The notes beneath the pieces were generated by a model. That model was not told the origin of the DNA. It made no database searches and saw only the letters and a list, made by a program, of their open reading frames with translations. A stretch of DNA of 64,000 nt from assembly GCF_004010195.1 (NCBI RefSeq), contig NC_057751.1, positions 4,898,649 to 4,962,648 on the forward strand. Direction: 5' to 3'. Position 1 is the first letter of the stretch. Every line of letters starts with the position of its first letter. Positions 51,519-63,800 of the stretch are shown here, one piece after another. Origin of the DNA: Chiloscyllium plagiosum. Lineage: Eukaryota. The translations under genes were made by a program, and so were the position numbers.

Positions 51519-53417
51519 TTAGAGCGTTTGGATGAGATCTGAAAGGTGTTGAGTTCAAGTCCCAGGCAGTGCCTTAGCAATAGTCTCAGGTAGGAAAGGT
51601 TAGCTGTAATTTAATTCAGGGTGATAGTGAACTGATTGCTGAGTAAGATCAAGTGCAAACTCCGTGATAACTGTAGGGAGTGCCACCAGAGGCTGCTGGG
51701 TTTTACAGCTCGAAACAAAACAAAACCCCAAAAATATAAACAACCTTATACATCTGTGGTGGGATTTGAACCCAAACTCTGTCTATTCACAAGTCCATTA
51801 CTTTTCCTCTGTGCTACCAGTATTTTCACACTCACTAAGCTTTGGGGAGTAAACTTATCATTTGATTAAGTAACACAGCTCTCTACAGCAGATATATAAA
51901 TTCAGAGACATCCCCAAACCTCCAGGGTCCACATGGACACACCTGGTAAGAGTAAGGTGCTTGGAGGAGTACATGCTGAGAGACACTGGTTCAAAACTGG
52001 ACTACACTTTTTACAATTTAATTGTTTACAACAACCAGAATTAATCCGAGAATAAAGCAGTTTGCAAGTTCACCATCTTCAGTCCTCGTGCATTGACAAC
52101 CCTCCTGCCAGAGGAATCCTATCACACAGAGTGTCATTCCTCAGTACCCGTCTCACCCAATGCAACAACTGGGAAGGGGCTTCTCATTTCTTGGGCACTG
52201 TCCACTGCAACATCTGTCTCTCTCTCACCGGTCCAATTCAGGATCATTTTGAATTTCCAAGTGCTGAGCAGCCTCTCATTGGGTTCTACAAGCCTCTCCA
52301 TGATAGATGGAGTGAAGCACCATCCTGTGTTTGCTGTGTATATCCACTTAACTAATTCCACCCCCACCGACCCTCATGTCACATTACATCTTCTGTGCCC
52401 CCTGCTTGTTACACTTTGCAAATTGAGACATTTGACAAAAATTGCTTCATACAATTTTCTAAATGGCCAGCTTCTCCCTCCTCAACAATCAATTCCAGTG
52501 TTTTCCTGTGGCTTCACATCTCCTGCTTTCTTGAACAGAGAAAGTGGCACATTCGACTTGTCAGAATCTGGGGAGTTCTGGAAGCTGATTACTCATGCAG
52601 CCAATCTCCAGAGCCACTTCTGCCCATTCTGGGGGGAGCTGCAGATGAAGGAGGGGGATGGGTTTAGGTGGGGAATGCGGTGGAATGATCAGCTAGTGAT
52701 AGGTGTATACAGATACTGGGTCCGACCTGATTGGTCAATGGGAGGGATGAATCAGTAGCTACCCCCACCCCCAGTCCTGAAGAAGGGTGACTTCTGAAAT
52801 GTTGACTTCTCCAGCTCCTGCTGCTGCCTGGCTTGCTGTGTTCTTCCAGCCTCCTGCCTGTCTACTCTTTATGTTAGATCCTCTGCTTTCATCCTGAAAC
52901 TCTCCCACATGCAAACATGATCTCCCTTAGTCTCTTGGAGGTTCAGTCTGGAACCTACACTAACAATCTGGTCAGCAGACTCTACTCAGTTGAAGTGAAT
53001 TATATTTTGATGGGACATGACAGAGTAGGTGCAGGAAGGCTGTTTTCCCCTGGCAGATCACAGTCTGGGACCAGGGTCACTATCTCCCAAATAGCAACAA
53101 GCCATTTGGCACGGAGAGAGGGAGAAACTCTTCACTCAGACAGCTGAATCATGGGAATGGTCTATCCCAGAGAGTTGTGGGAGCTCAGCCATTGACAGAA
53201 TGATCAACAGGAAACAACACCGGTCAACCCTTGTAAAAACACCAAGGACTAAAGGAGAGAGTACAGGAAACTGCTCTGAGGGATAAGATCAGCCAAGTGT
53301 TGGTACAGGGTGCGAATGGTCTTCACCTTTCTCTACCTTCCTGTAAAACAGCTGATGGGTCATATTCCCTTCTCCTTCCACAGACCTCTCTGGGAAATAG
53401 GGCTAGTCACTAGAGAA

Positions 53418-53705
53418 GAAAGTGAAGTCTGCAGATGCTGGAGATCAGAGATGGAAATGTGTTGCTGGAAAAGCGCAGGTCAGGCAGCATCTAGGGAACA
53501 GGAGAATCGACGTTTCGGGCATTAGCCCTTCTTCAGGAATGAGGAAAGTTGGTCCAGCAGGCTAAGATAAAAGATAGGGATCTTAGCCTGCTGGACCAAC
53601 TTTCCTCATTCCTGAAGAAGGGCTAATGCCCGAAACGTTGATTCTCCTGTTCCCTAGATGCTGCCTGACCTGCTGCGCTTTTCCAGCAACACATTTCCAT
53701 CTCTC
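53418..53705. mobile_element. Fold-back (inverted) short Penelope-type insertion with 12-bp TSD
   Basis: TSD GTCACTAGAGAA at 53406-53417 and 53706-53717; ~122-bp arms 53447-53568 and 53580-53704 are nearly perfect reverse complements. Confidence 0.85.
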
Positions 53706-56537
53706 GTCACTAGAGAACCAAAATACTGTCATTCTCTCTATCTCTCTACCCACTCAAACCTGAAGCTCAGCTATCAGTGGCTGTCTTCCTTTCTGAACAC
53801 AAAATCTGCCCAGCAGGGGTCAGGAAAAGAAGAAACAAATCGAAGAAACAAATCCAAGTTATTCTGAAGCCTGTGACATCTCGCGAGACAAGGGAAGTCA
53901 GTGCACGGAACATACGACCTTGTCCCCTCCAAGCCGTTAACCATCCTGATGAAAAAATACAATTGTCATTGTTTCACTGTCACTGAGTCAAAAACTACAT
54001 CACTAACTGCATAGTTTGTCCACCTCCAGTATGTAGACTGTGCTGGTTCAAGAAGGCAGCTCACCCCCCACCTTCTCAAGGGGCAACTAGGGACAGGCAA
54101 TAAGTGCTGGGCCCAGCCAGCAGTGCACAAGTCCCATGAGGGATTTTATTTAAAAAGGTCTCGTCTTGAAGGATTTAGACTTCCCCTCGTTCTTTTGTGG
54201 TTCCAAACCAACAAGTCCCTCCCCTGGAGCACTGTGGGCCTGCAAACGCACACACATTTGCATCAGAACATCAACCGTGCTAACAGCTTGTCGAATGAAA
54301 TATTGCTGCTATTTTTCAAATCCTTGTTCTAAGCTGGGTGTGAACAAGTTGGTCTGTGTGCAGTGCAGGGACTCGGTAATCTCGTTACAAAACTGGAGAC
54401 AAATTGATGCTCAAAATCACAAAACTGTACCAAGGACTGGGCAGTTTCACATTTCAGTCTCACTCCAACATACAGCAAATGAAAACACCAAGGCAGCACA
54501 TTTGTTAGACTCAGTTTAATTCCATCTTTCTTTTTAAAAAATAGCTGAGATGTTTTAAAACTCCGAATGTATGTTAGGTCATGAAATATTGCGACAGAAA
54601 AATATATCTATTTCTTACAGTCTGCTTCAAGTTCGGGTTGAACACTGATGGGAAGGCGATGCTGTGTCCTGGGAAGCAGGGTGGTGCTCACAAAAGGGGA
54701 TTTGCCGGGCGTTAGGAAGAAAGGGATCAAGCACCTGGGAACTGTGGGCATCTTGCAGAAACCTTGTCAGGATGGGTAAGGAGTCAGGGTGTGGAGTGTG
54801 TGGGGGGTGCACACTTCCTTGGGCCAGCTGACCTGTGATGCTGAGTCTGTTGGCAGACTGCCTGGAGCTTTGACTCCACAACCTCAGGGAATAAGTTAAT
54901 ACACCACAGCACCCCACCTTTCCCGCTGAACAACAGGATCCTGGCTGATCTGACAGACCGAGAATCTCTCTACCCAGTCTTAAATATACACCACCAGCCA
55001 AATTTTCATCAAATCAGAAATATCAACAATTGAAAGGAGAACACAGCAAAAAAAAACCTTTTTTTGTACTCAAGTTGAGGTCATTTTTTGATTACACGGC
55101 ATTCACTGAGAAATACAGAAGCAGGTATGGGCCATTCGGCCCTTTGGACCAGAGACGGCCAAATGGGTGGAATTTTGGAGCAATTGGATCTGACTGACTG
55201 GGAATACGGAGTGCAGTCAGCCATTGTGGAGAATGGGAGTTATCCCTAACCTATTCCAAACCTCCTCCATGGAATTTCATCACATGAACACATGCTTCCT
55301 GAATGACAGCACTGTTGTGGCCCTATGCGGTCTCCCTTCCAGATCACCAACTCAGCTCGCAACTCAGAGACTGCCTTCAGTTACAACATCCTGTCCCTGA
55401 GGCTCAACATGGTCAGTCAGGTGAGGGGACCAATGGGACACTGCAAAAGCTGCACCTCAGTCATGTGCAGGATTCCCTCTGTTCATTAATGTTACTCTCA
55501 CACACCTCCCCCACTGCCTCCGTCCACTCCACCCCAGCCTACACAGGGAGGAGGGGCATTCAGTTGGCTGGATGGCTGGTTTCCGATGCAGAGTGACACC
55601 AACGGCTCGTTCGATTCCCACCTCGGCTGAAGTTATCATGGAGGTCTCTGATTCTTAATCTACACCTTCCTTCCGGAGGCATCATGATCTCCACCAGTCT
55701 CCCCTCTCTCGGAGAGCAGCCCCATGCTAACAGGATGGAGACTTCACCTTGTTTCGAGTGTAGCATCGCTTCTGTGCTGTGACTGAAGAGGATTCTTCCC
55801 CCTGCCCCACACCAGGATCACTACCACCACGTACACTTTCACTCCTTGTGTGTCAGGGTTTGAGTATGACATTAGGCATCTGTGAGTGGAGATGTGTTGG
55901 AATATTCTGGGACTCCCATTCCCAGTCTGCTCCAGTTCACCGATCCGGCAAAAATGGGAGAGCTCGACAATAGGAGATGCCAACATGGAGGCAAGAGGAG
56001 GAGGAATTCTGCTCTCCTGAACCTCAACCTTGACTGGGAAATGCCGAGGGGGGTGGGGACGAACCTGCCAGGGCCCATCAGTGGGGACTGGTCATTTGTG
56101 GACAGGACCAACAGGCTGAGAGGGAACAGTGCAAAGCTGGTCTAGCCTCTATGTGACTCCAGGCATCAGGTTCCTGGTTCAACTAGCCTCCCCCCCCACT
56201 CCAACCTCTGCAAATGTTCACGGGACAGAACAAAGGGCTGTGGGGTGGATGGGAGAAGAGGAGGATTTGGTTCATTGGCTGGATTTATTGGAGTGTTTCT
56301 GAAGATAAAGCATCCCTTCCCAAAGAGCACAGGACAACCCCCATTTAGGAACCTCCACACCCACCCACTCACCCACCTCCCAGCTCCTGACAGCTGACAG
56401 TTTGGGAGGTGCCAAGGTCCCACTCCACAGGAGCTTGACAAGTGCATAGTCATGGCATTGTCACCCAATACCAACATCCGAAAGAGTGCCCACATCTAAA
56501 TGTCTTGTGCCATTTGTTCTACCCGCTGTGCCAGGCT

Positions 56538-56607
56538 TCAAATCTGTGCCCAGGACTCTGTTAACTCTTGTACTCGCGTCTCCAGAACAGCACGCATGAC
56601 TGAATAC
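56538..56607 (-). CDS. RASSF2: RASSF2 terminal coding exon
   Basis: ctgcag|G TAT TCA GTC; (K)YSVMRAVLETRVQELTESWAQI*; phase matches the previous exon; TGA at 56538-56540. Confidence 0.85.
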
Positions 56608-56649
56608 CTGCAGAGACAAACACCATCATGTCTTATTGTCCATCCTCAA

Positions 56650-56837
56650 TGACAGTGTGGCACTCCCTCAGTACTGCCCCAGGGAAGGGGGGGGGGGGGT
56701 TCAGCAGTGGGATATAATACAGTTATCAGCGTCAGGGACAGTGTGGCACTCCCTCAGTACCACCCCAGAGAAGGGGGCTTCAGCAGTGGGATATAATACA
56801 CAGCTATCAGGGATAGTGTGGCACTCCCTCAGTACTG
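56650..56837. repeat. Three-copy repeat (cagtgtggcactccctcagtac) at the start of the RASSF2 last intron
   Basis: The motif occurs three times at roughly 76-87-bp spacing. Confidence 0.7.
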
Positions 56838-57091
56838 CATTACAATTTCCTGTGTAAACGAGTCATGCTGCTGTTACAAACACATTCAAAGAAGTAACGT
56901 CAGGGAGATGTATTACAAATTACTGAGTAATTCTCTCAATTAACCCAATGGTCAGAGCTCTGACCAAAGTTCAAGTCGTCGCGGTTCAGGTGTTAGTTCT
57001 CTGACCTGGACTCCCTTCGTGTCCCACTCTTCCCTCGGCCCAACAATTGAAACTCACAAAAAATGTGAAACAGACCGGGACAAGAACTCAC

Positions 57092-57189
57092 TTGCGTGTT
57101 AATTTCTTCACCTCTCGATCTTCCTCTTCCTTCAGTTTGACAATGAAACTCTGCAGCACTGGCATTTCAAACTTGATATACTGGGCAAC
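57092..57189 (-). CDS. RASSF2: RASSF2 exon (SARAH domain)
   Basis: ggccag|[44 protein letters not shown](K); donor AA|GTGAGT; 98 nt. Confidence 0.9.
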
Positions 57190-57756
57190 CTGGCCAAAGG
57201 AGAGAGAGAAATACCTGAAGCATCAGTTGTCCTGAAGCAAGCCAGTGATTTCACTCTGAAAACACTGGGGACAGAAGCAAGGGAGAGCCATTAGAAACAA
57301 CTGTTTGGCCCTGCACGAGACACTTATTCCCCTCCTTACTTCCGGCACTTCCAGCTCGGATCCAATAGGGAAGATGGATCCTGTTTTCATCAATCTTAGA
57401 TGTGTTGGTGTACGCATTTCTGATTAGAATGGAAAATTCCCATATAAACATGTCACATTGTAATGATACCCTCCTGCCTGTGGTGGCATTGCAGCACCTT
57501 AGCTATGCCTTTCCTTGCCCATTCTCCTGCCTCCAATTCTCCACTTGATGTCAGTTATTCCCAGTTAACTATAGTATGGTTACAACACCAAAGGAAAGGC
57601 TTCAACCCTGAATCTCCAGAACATGACCTGTGTTTAAGGATTAATAGTCTAGCGATAATATTACACAGCCATCATCTCCTCTTATTGGGTCTTAGACATG
57701 ACTTGTTTCCTTCATCCATCATGAGTCTCCTACAGCCCCTGTCAATTGGTTAAACG

Positions 57757-58040
57757 GGTGGCACGGTGGCTAACACTGCTGCCTCACAGCGCCAGAGACC
57801 TGGGTTCAATTCCCGCCTCAGGCAACTGTCTGTGTGGAGTTTGCACATTCTCCCCGTGTCTGTGAGAGTTTCCTCCCACAGTCCAAAGATATGCAGGTTA
57901 GGTAAATTGGCCATGCTAAATTGCCTGTAGTGTTAGGTAAAGGGGTAAATGTAGTGGAATGGATCTGGGTGGGTTGCTTTTCAGCAGGTCGGTGTGGACT
58001 TGTTGGGCCGAAGGGCCCGTTTCCACACTGTAAATAATCT
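57757..58040 (+). mobile_element. tRNA-derived SINE (HE1-like)
   Basis: ggtggcacggtggctaacactgctgcctcacagcgccag...ggttcaattcc and a tail ending in taatctaatct. Confidence 0.8.
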
Positions 58041-58149
58041 AATCTTAAACTGCAGAGGATTCCTAATTGCAAGCAGACTCACCCAGAACCCTTCACAGGC
58101 ACTGAGATCACTGAGCCAACATGAAACAGTTAGGGGTTTTTTGAAAAGA

Positions 58150-60870
58150 TTTGTAACTCAGGTTGAGGTTCTGGATGTAACTTTGCTCCCTGAGCTGGAG
58201 GTTTGTTTTAGACGTGTCGTCACTGTACGAGGTAACATCATCAGTGAGCCTCTGGTGAAGTGCTGGTGTTATGGCTCACTTTCTATTTACATGCCTTGGT
58301 CTCTAAAGGTGGGTGACATCATTTCCTGTTCTATATCTCAGAGGGTGGTAAATGGGGTCCAGATCAATGTGCTTATTGATGGAATTCCCAGTGAAATGCC
58401 AAGCTTCTGGGAATTCCCGTGTGTGTCTCTGTCTAGCCTGCCCCAAGATGGATGTGTTCTTCCAGTCAAAGTGGTGTCCTTCCTCATCTGTATGTAAGAA
58501 TACTAGTGGGTCATGTTGTTCTGTGGTTAGTTGATGCTATGAATCCTGATGGCTAGTTTTCTGCCTGTTTGTTCAATGTAGTGTTTGATACAGTTCTTGC
58601 ACGGTATTTTGTAAATGACATTAGTTTTGCTTGTTGTCTGTATAGGGTCTTTCAAGTTCATTAGCTGCTGTTTTGGTGTGTTCGTGAGTTTATGGGCTAC
58701 CATGATGCCAAGGGGTCTAAGTAGTCTGGCAGTCATTTCCAAGATGTCTTTCATGTAAGGGAGAGTGGCTCGGGTTTCTGGGTGTCATTTTAAACAGGAA
58801 CGACTACTATGAGAAAGCGAATGCACTGATTGAAGATGTGGACAGTTACCAACAGGTGGCGATACACCCGACACCACAATGAGAGAACTTAATTACAGCC
58901 TAACTCCAAACAACTTCAGAAATCTGGAAAACGAAACAAGACCAACTTCCAGAAAATGAAACCAGATGAATCCAATACACCACACTTCTATGGATTACCC
59001 AAACTTCACAAGCCAGGAGCCCTCCTCAGACTCAGTCTCGCAACCTGGAACACCAATGTACAGATTGGCCAAGGAGCTACACCAAAGACTAAAACACTTA
59101 GTAAAAGCCTCACTCCACTCCACCCAAGAATTCCTGAAGACCAAAGACACTAAGATAGAAGAGGATGAAATAATGGTCTCCTCTAATGTAACAGCCCTGT
59201 TCACACCTGTCAACATCAACCTGGCCAAGGAAACACTGACTACATTATTAGACGACCCAAAGACACATACACCAAACACCAACAACTTCATCAACAAGGA
59301 CAGTATTGTCAAGCTTGTGGACCTATGCCCTACCACCCACTGCACCTTCAACAACAAAACCTACAAACAAACCAAGGGAACACCCAAGGGATCTCTGATA
59401 TCTTTGCTGATATCTGTATCTGATTGCTAATGGATGAGGCCAGACCCCTCAAAACATTTTAAGCAGGTAGCCCACACCATAACCTTGCTATTTGTTTATG
59501 CTACGTGTACAGTGGATATCCCTCGAGTAAATTCGCTAGTTTTAAACAAACAGAATTTACAAACTTGTGGACTGAAACACAAAGAACAGAAAATAGAATC
59601 GCGGATAACTTATCCTGTCCAAGCCCAACATCAAATGATGCTGTTCCGAAAATACTTGCAACAGTCCCAGTCCACACGTCCCTGAGCACAAAGAGTCAAA
59701 ATGACACAGATAGCTGACAGTTTGTGACATCAGAAGGGAAGAAGGAGACAGAGAAGAGTCCACACCTTTTCCACACACAACTTGAAGCTCTCAACTGAAT
59801 CTAAAAAAGCTCTAATCTAAACAAAGGCTAGCTACATAGTGAGCTGGCCACTCCCTTTTGATTATTCCAGTTTCTTTTAAGACATCGAAGTCTTAGGCTG
59901 GAGGCATTATCTGTTCGGGTAAACAAAAGGGTCCCAATAAACTTTGGAACCTTGGGTCATTGGAACTTCTCTATAAAGAAAAATCAAAGCCATAACAACT
60001 AGTATTGTTGCAACGTCACAGTAGGGCAAACAGCCAATGGGGAACTTGAAACCAGCGTCTCCATGAAAACAACCCATACAGACCAAATACTGAACTCCAG
60101 AAGCAATCACCCCAACACCCACAAACAAAGCTGCATCAGAACATGATTTCAATGAGCCACCACACACCGCAGCACAGAGCAGAAGAGAAATATCTTTCCA
60201 GCGTATTCAAAAAGAACACGTACCCACACAGTCCGCCAATTTCTCAGCAACAAACCCAAACTAGCAGACACAGCACACATAGAAACACTCGGCACATTAC
60301 CTTACATGAAAGACATCTTGGAAATGACTGCTAAGACTACTCAGACCCCTTGGCATCGTGGTAACCCACAAACCCACCAACAAACTAAATCAGCAGCTAA
60401 TGAACTTGAAAGACCCTATACAGACAACAAGCAAAACTAATGTCATTTACAAAATACCTTGCAAAAACTGTAACAAACACGACATTGGACAAACAGGCAG
60501 ACAACTGGCCCCCAGGATACATGAGCATCAACTAGCCACAAAACGACATGACCCTCTCTCACTAGTATCCTTACATACAGATGAGGAAGGACACCACTTT
60601 GACTGGGAGGACACATCCATCTTGGGACAGGCTAGACAGAGACACACACGGGAATTCCATCAGTAAACACATTGATTTGGACCCCATTTACCACCCTCTG
60701 AGAAATAGAACAGGAAATGATGTCACCCACCCAACGAACCTAAACACAAACAGAAAGTGGGCCATACCACCAAGGCTTCACCAGAGACTCATTGATGATG
60801 CTCCCTGGCATGGTGACGACACGTCTGAAACCAAACCTTCCAGCTCAGCCAGCAAACCTCCATTCATCAA
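58150..60870 (+). mobile_element. Decayed Penelope-like retroelement (RT plus GIY-YIG endonuclease) with an inverted 3' copy at ~58150-58790, in a RASSF2 intron
   Basis: PHFYGLPKLHKPG, MVSSNVTALFT and FNNKTYKQTKGTP (RT); NVIYKIPCKNCNKHDIGQTGRQLAPRIHEH (GIY-YIG) on + at 60358-60666 and on - at 58527-58754. Confidence 0.85.
59400..60020. mobile_element. Solo-LTR-like element nested in a Penelope-like element
   Basis: Interrupts the Penelope RT remnant; start (ccagacccctcaaaacattttaagcaggtagccc) resembles the 22926 element; ends GTCACA. Confidence 0.45.
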
Positions 60871-60882
60871 ACAGTTACTCAC

Positions 60883-61004
60883 ATCGTAGGTGACCTCTTC
60901 CCCAAGATCCTTCTCCATTAGAAAGATTTTCGCTATGGCTTCACAAGGTCCCTGCAGGATGCGGGCAATCAGAGGATAGTCAGAATCCTTTAACTTGGTC
61001 CTTT
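60883..61004 (-). CDS. RASSF2: RASSF2 exon (end of RA domain)
   Basis: cccag|AA AGG ACC; (E)RTKLKDSDYPLIARILQGPCEAIAKIFLMEKDLGEEVTYD; donor GAT|GTGAGT; 122 nt. Confidence 0.9.
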
Positions 61005-61897
61005 CTGGGAAGACAGAGAGAGAGTGAGTGACAGAAAGAAAAAGAGAGAGAGAGTCAGACAGACAGACCATAATGAGAGAAAGTGTCTGCCCCTGAGTGA
61101 ACATGTAGGAGGTGTACAGTGTGCCCCGTTCTCTGTGAGGACATGGTAAACTGAGCAGGAAGTGGCCATTCAGCCCCTCCAGATGGATGGGAGTTAACTG
61201 TCAGCCCCACCCCCACATCTCTCACTCCCCTCCCCCCCCGAAATATGAATAGGCTTGAATAACTTTGGCAATGAATCAGGCACAATCCTCGAGGCTCGGA
61301 AATTCCAAACAGGAAGATAACTTCTTCTCGACTGGGGGATAATCAGCCCGGCTGGGGGTTGCTGGGTCTGGGTGGGATGCACTTCAGTGGGCCAGTGCAA
61401 ACTCAATGGGCTGACTGGCCTCCTTCCACACTGCAGGGATTCCATGCTGAATAGCTCTGGACTCAGTATGACTGTGTCATTCCTGTCCTTGAACTCCTGA
61501 CCAATAAAGCCTAACGTGACATTCACCCCAACTGCTCTCCTCTTGCTGAGATCTCGGAATCTCCCCAAGGCTCTGATGTTTCATTGAGGTTCTGGGTTGC
61601 TCCATGTGCTGTGGTGTCTGTGTGTCTCTCTGTGGATGACACACATTCACAGCACCTTGGAGAATGCTTGTGTCCAATGGTGCTCTCTCATCCACTCACT
61701 CCATGCTCCTACTGATGATACCCAACCTTCACTCGGGATGCTCTTGACCCTCCTCTTGGCAAATGAATGCCAAGGCAAGGACCCAGTCTGTGCCAGTGTT
61801 TTGGGCATGACATTGGATGACAGCCATTGCTGTCTCCTCACTCGACAACTTGGACAAGCTCTCAAGATGGATAAATCTTCATTAGCCACGGACTCAC

Positions 61898-61949
61898 CTC
61901 CGCTGGTGTGGACAATATAAAGTGCAAACTCGTCGGAACTGTTCTCGAT
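61898..61949 (-). CDS. RASSF2: RASSF2 internal exon (RA domain); upstream exons are not found in the window
   Basis: Minus strand ctttcag|ATC GAG AAC AGT TCC GAC GAG TTT GCA CTT TAT ATT GTC CAC ACC AGC GGA G|gtgagt = IENSSDEFALYIVHTSG; 52 nt; not in the ORF track. Confidence 0.88.
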
Positions 61950-63354
61950 CTGAAAGAAGAGGAGAAAGTCACATCGCTCAATCCTTCTCTTCGCCTTCCA
62001 CCCTTCAGAGTTTCATGGTGGGGCTTTGCCAAATGCCCACACTCTGCTGCCCACCGCCACCACCCAGTCTCCTCTCCTCTCTTCCTGCAGGTGCTGGGTA
62101 AACTCCATCAGCCCGAGAAACGGGCAGGGAGCAGGGAGGGGGCTTTGGCCAATCATGTTGTGGATGATGCAACGATTGCCGGATCAAACTGGAGACCATG
62201 AAGGGTTTCTCTGTCACAAAGCCAGGGCTAACAATGGTGGGCCAGAGGTGGGAGTGCACTTGAAGATGAGAAGCAAGGGAAAGGGACATTTGTTTAAATG
62301 GATTTGGCGGGGGACTAGCATGGGCTTCCAGGGATGAAGGAAGTGACTGATCAGGAAAGGATTCCAAATATCAGGAAGAGGTTCCAAGGCTAAAGAGGGG
62401 CACCAATGCAGTGCAGCAAGACGTGAGGTGCTGGGTGAAGGGGACTCAGTCTGACGGTACCAGGCAATAACAACAGTAGGGAAGGGGCAATATTACAGGA
62501 ATGGAGACAGTGAGCAATTCCAGTATCGGTCAGAGCAGGTAACAGCAGGAGGCCATTCAGCCCATCCACTCTGCTTGGACATTCAATTCGTGGCTGACCT
62601 GATCACCCACAACTTCCCTTTCCTGCTTGTCCCCCATCGCCCTTCATCCCTCCCTGATTAAAAATCTCTCTGTCTCAGCCTTTAGTGACCCAGCCTCGCC
62701 ATCCCTCTGCGGGAAAGAATCCCACAGCTTCACTCCCCTCAGACAGAAGAAACTCCTCCTCATCTCTCCCTTTCTGAGATGACACCCTCTGGTCCCAGAC
62801 TCTCCCACAAGGGGAAACAGTCTCTCCACATCTCCCTGATTCCGTTCCTGACCAATCATCTGTTTTCAATCAAGTCAGTCCTCACTCTTTGTTCCTGTCA
62901 GTGAGTCCAGGCCTCCTGTTCAGACATTCCTGATGAAGGGCTTTTGCCCGAAACGTCGATTTTGCTGCTCCTTGGATGCTGTCTGAATTGCTGTGCTCTT
63001 CCAGCACCACTGATCCAGAATCTGGTTTCCAGCATCTGCAGTCATTGTTTTTACCTCCTGTTGAGACAGCCTGTCCATCTCTGGGACCAGCCGAGCATAC
63101 CTTCTCTGGACTGCCTCTAAGGCCAATGTACCTTTCCTCAGATAATGGCGTCTCCTGTGCTAACCCCTATGGCCACTCCAGGCGTTAACAGGATTCCAGC
63201 ATCAAACTGCTACCTTGCCATCACTGTCTGCTTTAATTAGTTAGCCAATCCTCTACCCATGTTCATATCCAATCCCAGACACCAGGGGCTCTTATCCCAT
63301 TACGTAATCTGGCATGTTATACCTTGTTGAATGTTCCTTTTTGGAAATCTGATT

Positions 63355-63800
63355 CACAAGGATGTTGCCAGGGTTGGAGGGTTTGAGCTATCAGGAGAGG
63401 CTGAACAGGCTGGGGCTGTTTTCCCTGGAGCATCGGAGGCTGAGGGGTGACCTTATCAAGGTCTTATAAAATCATGAGGGGCATGGCGAGAGTAAACAGA
63501 GATGATCTTTTCCCTGGGGTGGGGGAGTCCAGAACTAGAGGGCATAGGTTTTGGGTGAAAGAGGAACGATATAAAAGAGACCTAATGGGCAACTTTTTCA
63601 TGCTGGGGATGGTACGTGGATGGAATGAGCTGCCAGAGGATGTGGTGCAGGCTGGTACAAAGACAACATTTAAAAGGCATCTGAATAGGAAGTGTTTGGA
63701 GGGATATGGGCCACGTGCTGACAAAGGGGACAAGATTAATTGAGGATATCTGGTCAGCAGGGACGGGTTGGATCAAAGGGTCTGTTTCTGTGCTGTACAT
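63355..63800 (+). mobile_element. CR1-like LINE 3' end
   Basis: [27 protein letters not shown] plus 3' UTR. Confidence 0.85.

Noticed and set aside
50849..51580. ORFs spanning N runs (also ~13405-14019, 21059-21739 and 30073-30472)
   Set aside because: Their length is an artefact of ambiguous bases.
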